DNA of 64,000 nucleotides, from the NCBI GenBank assembly GCA_003344405.1, contig NOWV01000188.1:62001-126000 (forward strand), written 5' to 3'. The position numbers and the translations under genes are program-made. The notes below the pieces were generated by a model. That model made no database searches and had not been told where the DNA came from. It saw only the letters and a list, made by a program, of their open reading frames with translations. Below, one piece after another: positions 55,201 to 64,000 of this stretch (within the stretch, counting starts at the first letter, position 1; each line of letters begins with the position of its first letter). Source of the DNA: Trichoplax sp. H2 (lineage: Eukaryota).

Positions 55201-57194
55201 TTTCTGGAAGAAGCTAGTAAGTGATCTAAGAAATAGACTTAAGATTTTGAATAACTTATTTCATACCTAGTTGGCTATAGCATAAAGATGGCGACCTGCT
55301 ACTACAGATTTCGTATGAATATGGTATTTCGATATCAAGAGTTTCTCAGCTAGCAGTAATCCGCTAAAAACGCCTCATATCATAGCACTTCTTGGCGAAT
55401 TGTATCGTTCCTGAAATATTTTGAGCAGCTCGGCGCCAGTTTACCGTTTGCAATACCACGGCCTAGAAATTTTCTATAAAATTCTTCTCCCGAAATAGGA
55501 AATTAGGCTATTTTATGTATATTAGCTTATTAGTTAGAGATTTGCGATAGTATAAGATTATACCGGCGCTAATTTACATCAAAAGCGAAGTTTGAATATT
55601 TTGGAGAAGTAAGCACCACAAGCTCAAGATTTTCTAAGGAAGAAAATTCTCTCTAAATATGAAATTAGCCTATTTTACTTTTACTTGCCAGTTAATTAAA
55701 GTTTTACAATAGTATGAGATTATGCTACCGCTCATTTCCATCGATAGCAAAAATATATGAGTATTAACGTCAAGAGTTCTCTGCTAACGGAAAATGGGTA
55801 TACAGTAATACATATTAGTGAATCGCTACGAAAACTTATAGGTTAATATAAAAACTTTGGACATTTAAATATTATTTATATAACTACTAAAATATGAATG
55901 TGCCCCGGAAATGCTTATTAAGGAAGAATATCTGACCAATTGAATATAAAGTTGATCTCTAGGAATAGTTAAACATGATTTAATGACTAAAATTAGGCTT
56001 AAAGTATACCTAAACATACTATAGAAACACGTTATGTTTACCATCCGCTTTTTAGGTATTAAATGCCTTAACTCGGACCAAAGAAATGTCACTGAAGATT
56101 CCTTCGCTTATCATTGCACTTCCCGTGAAGCTATCGTCAACATTTTATTAGTAATCTATTTGCTACTAACAACAATTCTGCTATTGAATTTATTAATTGC
56201 CATATTTAAGTAAGTTCAATCGTTTATTTTTAAGATTAATAAACTAAAATACAAATAAAATGGTTGCATAACAACCAACTATTATAGGGATAAGACATGA
56301 ATCTTAATTTATTGATCTAAAACTAATAGCTTGCATCATATATCTATCTTGTAGCTATTCAAATTTTTCATTTCTTGTATTTCTTTAGTAATACCTATGG
56401 TAAGATTGAAAATGAAGCCAGTCGAATTTGGAAGATTCAATACAATAATTTGCTTCGGGAATACTTGTTCCGATCTCCTAGTGTTCCACCTTTGAACTAT
56501 TTACCAATTCTTTATACATTATTACCATGGAATTGGAAAACGTCGGTAGCAAGTTGGAATAGTTATTTGAAACAACTTGCTAATTTAAAACACTTAAGTA
56601 AGTTTATCTAAGTTCCATCTTTTGCTTTGGGAAGAGAACTTGTCTAAGAGTTACTCATCCTTGAATACTCAAATCCACTTATTGATATGATATCGACAAC
56701 TGCTGATCGTTTCTTGCAGAAATTCCTAAGAAAAAAATTCATGTCTATGACATCTGCAGAATGCAGAATTGGGAAAAACAGACACAGATTTCATATTTAA
56801 AAAAAAGTAAAAAGTCAGAAGTTAAGGAAGGAGCCAAGCGCGATAAACTAGATATTTGTTTATCAAAGTAAGTTAAATATAAAGTATAACAGGATTCTCA
56901 GCTCTATAAAATATCCATCTAGTAAAATGAGTTACTATTTATTCAATGTATCGTAGATGCATTAATAGGTAGATTAAGCATGAAAATAAGTGATATTTCA
57001 CTTATTATTATCGCGAGTTATTAAACCGTTTTAGAAATGATAGTGAATCATTCATAATCTCTTTTCTCTATTTTCCACTCTATAGGATAGAAGAGTTAGC
57101 AAATGATCTTCGTTTACTGAAAACCCAGCTTGCCAGCACATTGGCTACAAATTCGAGTACCTCCTCTCTAATAGAATCTAAAGACCACTCGTAG
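46221..57194 (+). CDS. TRPM: TRPM-like cation channel, copy 3 (compact form, roughly 1180 aa)
   Basis: Approximate exons: 46221-46232, 46718-46809, 47039-47207, 48012-48368, 48526-48709, 49009-49156, 49245-49380, 49538-49601, 50388-50473, 50585-50725, 51572-51637, 51866-52266, 53122-53351, 53484-53777, 54002-54130, 54347-54595, 55045-55216, 56056-56209, 56388-56596, 56720-56867, 57086-57194. Motifs: FQKREC, TDAFGEIQF, MWNRIE, MKKALLGDREDIV, FVTPSRLQDLY, ELFLWAVL, WGNCSC, EEVRQ, WNKTD, YGELF, WKIQY. Confidence 0.9.
47341..47472 (+). pseudogene. Fossil (degenerate) TRPM exon inside intron 3 of copy 3, most similar to exon 4 of copy 4
   Basis: 47385-47420 matches 62457-62492 at 34/36 nt. Flanks (gagtctatgc-gatgct; atgaatatgcagtatttaga) also align with that exon but carry indels. 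Confidence 0.82.
49890..50245. repeat. Two diverged intronic direct repeats, period about 250 bp
   Basis: ctggat...ataaccgtt.ac...at.tagtaat...aatagttaaaa...atgtccacattactcata occurs from about 49894 and about 50147. Confidence 0.7.
51082..51360. repeat. Intronic direct repeat, period about 233 bp
   Basis: ttaaaattgctcaccagctctgcc occurs at about 51083 and about 51316. Confidence 0.7.
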
Positions 57195-59245
57195 ATTATA
57201 TACCATTATAGAATGAATGCTTTACACGAAGTAATAAGTATTCAGCTTTACAGTTTTATTATGTTTATCATAAGATTGATACATGAGTAGAAAAATGTTT
57301 ATCCTCACTCTAACGATCTAAATAGATAATCTCAATAGCCAATGGATTAGAAATGGTAGTATTGTGCTATTTCTTAAAATTAATTTCGATTGCGACAGTC
57401 ACTAACTTGATTATATCCCAGTAAAAGAGTACTTATTTAGTATATCAGGTGTAATGTTGATGGCGATTCAATTAAGAGAATTGATCCTGAAATTAATGGA
57501 TTAATTTATTACGATGCTTTGTAAGACGCTAGATCATAGCTACTGTAATCCAGATACAGCTGCACCTGCAACAAGTACCAAATTATTGTTCTTAAATTCC
57601 TTAAATTTAGCAGAAATATGTTTAATTTCGTAATCTATTACACGGCTATCAATGAGTACTTGATAGATATAATATTTCTAAAATATCCGATATTAAATTT
57701 AAAATTTTCTACCCATGATAAGACGTAATCATGTCGTATCAAGTGTTGATACTCTTTAATATTCCTTGTTAACAAGCCTTTTATAGTTAATAGCAGCCAG
57801 AGCTTGAAAGAAAAAATACAACTAACAGGAATTAGTGATGCATTATAAACCTCATCAAGCCACTATAATTGTAGGAAATATCATATTCTCCAAAAAGTTG
57901 TCTTTTTATGCAACAATCGGAAAATAATTTCGACATAAATTTAATATTATTCAATTCCTATCGACCGAGATATCATCTAAGCTTAATATAATTGTTCAAA
58001 ATGGGACTAAAGTGATTTTACAATCAATTCTGTTTGCTTTAATTATTGCTAAAAGCAAAATCTCCTACTCTAATATATTCTAAAGGCAAGATGATATCGA
58101 CCTGCAGTAGTATCAACATTAATTTATTATCACTTGACTCTTACTAAGAATGATGTGGAGCGATTATAATTTGTCTTTCCATTTTGTCCAATTTTAGCTA
58201 TGCCATTGCCATTAACTTATTTTTATGTAGTTCTTAGACATGACATGCGTAACGATAACATCGTTGAGCTATAAATTATTCGCAGGTTGCGGCAACGTAC
58301 AATCCAATTGTATTATAGAAATCTCCTAACACAAAAGTAAGCCATCCTTATAACTCATTCGCATTCATAAAAATTCTCTCCTGCCGTGCCTTCTTATTCT
58401 ATAAAAATTATGTTCATGTATCTATCTCGTTAGTTAGTTCTGCTAGTTCTAGGGTAAGCTTGCATCCTTTACCTATTCTACTTTATTATCGCTATTTGAC
58501 TAGTTTACGTCGTTATACATGCTATAACTTTATACGGTTTTCCTCCTCACACTAACTGCAATAATGACTACTGTTCACTAATTTATTACTCTAGTAATTT
58601 CTTACGATTATGACGGACATGCAATCTTCCTAAACATCGTAATTTACAATAATAGTAGACTTTATTATTATGCACTTCCTAAGAAATTTTGCTTATTTCA
58701 TTACAATAAATAGCATAATCATTTGGAATATGGGTATGTAAATTGAATTTTATCCCATCCAAGCATTATCCGATGATATCATTGAGCTATTAATTGTAGT
58801 GCAACGAAGAGATCACAAACTGTTTATCTATACAATTTAATCACATATATTCATAAATTATTAATAAGTGGCTTGTTACCTGTTTACCAAAATGATGTCC
58901 AACTATTGTAACTATTGTTATGACCTAGATAACGATTAAAACCAACATAATTGAACAATATGACAGAATGACGTTTAAAAAGTCCATTATCTCTTGTCCG
59001 GATGATTCACTGAAATGCTCTATCAGTACCATTTCTACCCTATAAAATGGGTAATATTATCTGGAGCCTGAAAGTCTGTAGAAGGATTGGATTTGTGTTT
59101 TAAAGCCGACTAAATTAATTGAATTTAGCAAGACAAACTTTAAAATCAGTTATTGGTCAATTGAAACTCTTGATCGCATCTATCTAGCCATAGAGGCGTT
59201 TCTAACCAGCAGAATTGGTCTTCACGATATGATCTAGTTTTCAAT

Positions 59246-62200
59246 ATGAAAGAATTGGTAAGACTTCAATCTTTTAATTACTACTGTAGGATCATTTATC
59301 GTTAACTTATCAGTAGAGAATCATTGATCACACAGTTATGCTTTTGAAGGATGATAAATTAATTATCTATTCACGTACGGTATTTTATCGTGGGTTATGC
59401 CCTTCTTTAAAGTAGAGACGACCAATATAAACTGAAAGGAGTTACCATTGCAAGTTCTACCTATTATTTGTACTCATTTGAGTTATGGTTCAACTCCAAT
59501 GGATGATAATTCTCTTAGTAAATCAGTGTAGGCAATGAATCAAGCTAAATTATCTAGTCTTGATGCGTTTTTCATTAGATCTCCATCTTTCAGTGACTGA
59601 CTTCTCTAGAATAGATACTATTACATCGTATCGTTAATACTGATCTTGTAAGAATTACCTGACATGAATCTACCAAAAATTAGTCCAAGTCTTTCGGCAA
59701 AATTAGAAAACATTTTTTCATCAGATTGCTTAGACATTATCTGGACATAGAATATGCTCGTCCTCATCGCGATAAGGATGTTTCTTCGGCCTAGATGAAT
59801 CATTACATAAATATATCAGTAGCGGTAGCATATTTTAATCAACAAGCTGAACTGAATATTCCTTTCTTATGCTCTTGTGACTGGATAATCCATCAACTAT
59901 CGACAATTTTTGAAGCTTATACTCAAATATCAATCGAGAATGAATCTTCTAAAATCAAATCTTCCTATAACTCTGATCCTAATACTAAAATAAGAAAGTA
60001 ATTTTATGAAACCACTAAATGATGGCTGCCCATTAGTTATAGCCTATTCCTGCAGTAAGAACTCTATCGTTTCGCATAAAAGGAGTCTTCTGTTCAGTTT
60101 ACATGGAAGATCCTGATATGTCTCGTATCAATAATTAGTACAAAGCTCCTGTTCAAATATTTCAGGATTAAGCATCTCGTTGCTTATCATGTTAGCCATT
60201 CTATAATTTGGTAATGCAGATAAATTTATACGACATCTTCCACAACTGACAGAGAAAATAATCTTAATTCATTTATGATTCCAATCCTATTAGGCTACAG
60301 TATTAAAATGAGATTAGTATTCAATTTAGAAGACGATTCTTAACGCCGATGTGGAAATTAACTACTAGAACAGCAGTAGTTCTAATAAGAAACCTTTTTA
60401 TCCTCTGATCTATTCAGTAAACGATGTTGAATACAATTTAGGATCCTGTAAAGTATTAATATCAACAATTTTCTTCACAATTATAATTGCAAGAACACAA
60501 AGTTAACCCCAAAATCCAACTTAATTATTTCGAGTCCATTTGCGTATATAAATAAGGATCATAAAGAATCCCACTTTTATTATTATTAGTCTGTTTGAAA
60601 GTTTAACTAATCCATTTTAAGCTTTTAAAAGCACTTGGTTAATAAATGACATAAAATAGAACTAATTTTCATCCTGATGAGTGATCAATGTGTTTGTTAT
60701 ATCAATTAATTCTAGCGATCAACGGTGAAATTTATTACCGAAAATTTCCAAAAATGCGAGTGTATAAATTACGTGCAAGGAAATAATTGGGAAAGCGATG
60801 GAAAGGAGTAAGATAATTATGCTAAGCTATAACATTTTTTATGCTGTGACTTAATCAAAAGTTAAGACAAATTAGTGTTTAATGGAGTCATTGAATAGAA
60901 GGTAATCAAGGCAGTTTAAATTTAATTTAGCTAAAAACATTAAATTCCTTCTAATATTATACTGTACCATAAATGTTTTGCGGACAGCTAATCTAGAATG
61001 TTTATTACGGAGGATGAAGTATTTAGTGTAAACCTAACTGGCTAAATGATCAATATTGAAGCATATACAAACCAACATTTATGACTCTATCATTCCATTC
61101 GATTAATTTAAAGTTACTTAATGGTATTTTACGCCGTATCCTTTCTTAGTCTATTTTATTAAAAAGAGATTAGCAATACTTAAGTACAATAGAAGTACAT
61201 TAATCTATAAATAACGATTCATACAGCCTAGTTGATCAAAAGTTAGGTATGACATTTAACATTAACTAACATTAGCAATTCTGTAATTACATTCGATTGA
61301 TTGTAGTCATTTCATTTTAGAACTTTTATACAGTATCAAACACCCTATTCTTTCTTGATATATTTTACTAAAAGAGATCAGAAATACTTTATTAAAATAA
61401 AAGGATATTAATCTATAAATAGCAATTTAAGTAGCCTAGTTGACTAAACAGTAACTTTGATTATAGACATTAACTAGCGTTAACGATTCTGTAATTACAT
61501 CCAATTGATCGACAGTTATCTTATTTTAGATCTTAATCTTTCTCGGTAAATCTACTTAGTAGAAATTAGTATTACTTATAGTAAGACATAAGCATATTGA
61601 TCCATAATCAACTCTGTATACAGAAAATGATATTCAAGATCTAATTATTACTGTTAATCAAAATGTATCCTTCCATTTGTTATTTTATACTCCAAATTTA
61701 ACACCGACAAGTCTGTTTAGAAAGATTTACTGTTAGTAATAGCTTATAATTTGGTTATGAATACAGTATCATAGATAGAAAATCAAGTACGGTAGTGAAT
61801 ATTAACAGAGTTAAAGACAAATAATGACTCTACAAAATCTACGATTGAACACATCGTTACTTTAGAAACTAAGTAATACAATTATTATTATACAACAGAA
61901 TCGAATGAGTCAAGGAATAGTGCCGTAATTAGGCAATATTGAGAATAGTTTACAGGTTCTCTGGCCAACTCTTTGGCCAGATCAGCTATGGTATAACTAA
62001 TGATAATTTCATTTCTTTAGTATTAAACGTTGCGTCTGTGGGCGAAAGAAGCATTCTAATCGGGGTCGTCCAAGGTCTAATGGAATCCTTGGTGAAATTT
62101 GGGACTGGAAAACTCACACTGAAAGGCACTGTACAGATGCATTTGGTGAAGTTCAATTTTATCGTTATGGAATGAAACCTTCCACAGCCAAGGTTATCAC

Positions 62201-64000
62201 TTAAAATGTTTATTCAGTAATACTTCCTTCTAGAATGAATTAGTCATAAGAATAGGTATAGGTGTCTCAAATCGACATCGTGCTTTTGTTGCCATTACGT
62301 ATCTAGCGAAATTATAGATTGAAAATATTTCTTGATTTTAAGCCATTTCGGAGCTAATATTCTATCAATATAGTTACTAATTCTAGCTATTTTCAATTAA
62401 AATTATAGTATCTACGAGTCAATGCTGATGCTCAGTCATCACGGTTACTAACATTGCTTAGCGAGTATTGGGGCATCAAAGATCCAAGCTTAGTGATATC
62501 GATCATTGCTGATGGTGACGATGAATATGCAATGTCTAGAACAGCTAGAATTTCATTTTGTAACAATTTAGCCAGCGTGGCTAGAAATGCTGCTGCTTAT
62601 ATTGTTACTTCTGGTTATCATATTGGGATGCTAAAAATTATTACCAAAGCACTTAATCGCAATCTAAATAGCAATGGAGAAGGTCTACAAAAAGATATTC
62701 CGGTTGTTGGAATTTCAACGTGGGGTTCAGTTTTAAATAGAGAATTATTACAAAGCCAAGTGGTAAGAGAATCCCATTTCATCTTTATCTTGAGCTATCA
62801 ATGTTTAATTTATCGAGTTTATATCGAATCATCCACTCAATATTCTTATTCAATAAAGAAGCAATTAAAGGTCAATGCTATTACTAAATTGAAATCATTA
62901 TTGCTAAATCAATGATTGATATAGGGACATGGGTGCTATCCAGCTAAATGTGTTGCAGTTAGAAAAGCTGCTGGCCGATTTCTACCTTTAGATCCATTTC
63001 ACACTCATTTTATTTTAGCTGATGATGGCACAATTGGCCAGCGTAAAGCTGAAGAGATATTGAGACAAAATTTAGAAAATGAATTACTCAGATTGGAATT
63101 TAACGGCGGTATGAAATGCAATGGGTTAAAATAAATACCGCATAAACTGTAGTAGTTCCTCTAATCAGCCTTCACCAAGTAGATATTCTACGATAGGATT
63201 TTTTATTTATCTCCTGGATTTGATAAAGTATAACTAAACATATAGGCTTGTTTCAGTTATTATCAATGATTACATCTTGGTAAAAGGTATAGCATGCTTG
63301 TGAAGAAACTACTTCTTTAACATATTATAAAGTGATATCCAACTATAATACATAAATTACTAAATTGTTATTAAATTACATATGAACGTCAAGCAAGAAC
63401 ATAATTCTATTATGCTATAATAAAGATTAGATACAGTACTTTAATCCTAACTTAGCATACCTAAAATATTTAGCGTTATTTTAAGAAAAAGATAGCCAGT
63501 TGAACAAATTTTAACACGGTTACGATCGCTAGTTAACCTTGAAATAATTTCAATTATGAACTGATTAATACGTCTATAATTAAATATATTGAAGTAGATA
63601 TTGTATTTTCCGGTAATCTTGGTTATAGGTAAAGTTCCCATGATACAAATTGTGATTTCCGGAGATGAAAGAACTTTGGTAAAAGTCAATAAATCCCTTC
63701 AGCGTCGCATACCTGTTTTAGTTGTAGAAGAAACGGATGGTGCTGCGACTATTTTAACATTAGTTAAAGAAAGCTGGTAAGTCAAAGTATTTCAATTTTC
63801 CTCAGAAATTTATTCTATTTATTGCATAACATGATCTAAAATCGATAATTGGCAATAATCAATTTATAATAATTTTGACAAATATATCTCATCTTTCAAT
63901 AGCAAACTTCAGCTCGATTACTTAGAGCAGCGCATTTGTGAAAAATTCGGTTGGAATATTGCTGAGAAACATACCACTTTAAGAACAAAATTGCAAGACT
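59246..64000 (+). CDS. TRPM: TRPM-like cation channel, copy 4 (5' part; truncated by the window end)
   Basis: Exons 59246-59257 (MKEL), 60716-60807, 62021-62192, 62409-62762, 62925-63108, 63629-63776 and 63903 to beyond 64000. Motifs: CVCGRK, TDAFGEVQF, VGISTWG, LDPFHTHFILADDG. Closest to copy 3. Confidence 0.86.
61201..61530. repeat. Two diverged intronic direct repeats of about 120 bp, period about 208 bp
   Basis: taatctataaata...agcctagttga...acattaacta...attctgtaattacat...attgat...attttaga occurs from 61201 and about 61409. Confidence 0.72.

Noticed and set aside
59400-60300. Possibly decayed coding sequence in intron 1 of copy 4 (ORFs 59621-59803 and 59795-60001)
   Set aside because: Interrupted by many stops and no motif recognised; a BLASTX search would be needed.
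1-64000. CRISPR arrays, rRNA/tRNA genes, autonomous transposons, prokaryotic operons
   Set aside because: No repeat-spacer periodicity, structured RNA signature or transposase/RT motif seen; the DNA is spliced eukaryotic sequence.

Overview
AT-rich, intron-dense animal genomic DNA. Composition, short GT-AG introns and gene content suggest a basal metazoan such as a placozoan, but that is inference only. From left to right the window holds: a 20-N gap; a single-exon gene for a small secreted 10-cysteine prepropeptide (2956-3264); a complete 4-exon TIM22 gene on the minus strand, whose intron 1 carries a tandem duplicate of its own splice acceptor; a decayed LGR/RXFP-type GPCR pseudogene; and a head-to-tail array of four divergent TRPM-like cation channel genes on the plus strand (three complete, the fourth running off the window end). 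The channels share a non-canonical TRP box (WKIQYN), rewritten SLOG glycine loops and no C-terminal enzyme domain. Copies 1 and 2 carry large, mutually dissimilar Ser-rich insertions. Copy 3 has a fossil exon resembling copy 4 in one intron. All exon boundaries were derived by hand from GT-AG sites and reading phase, without transcript support.
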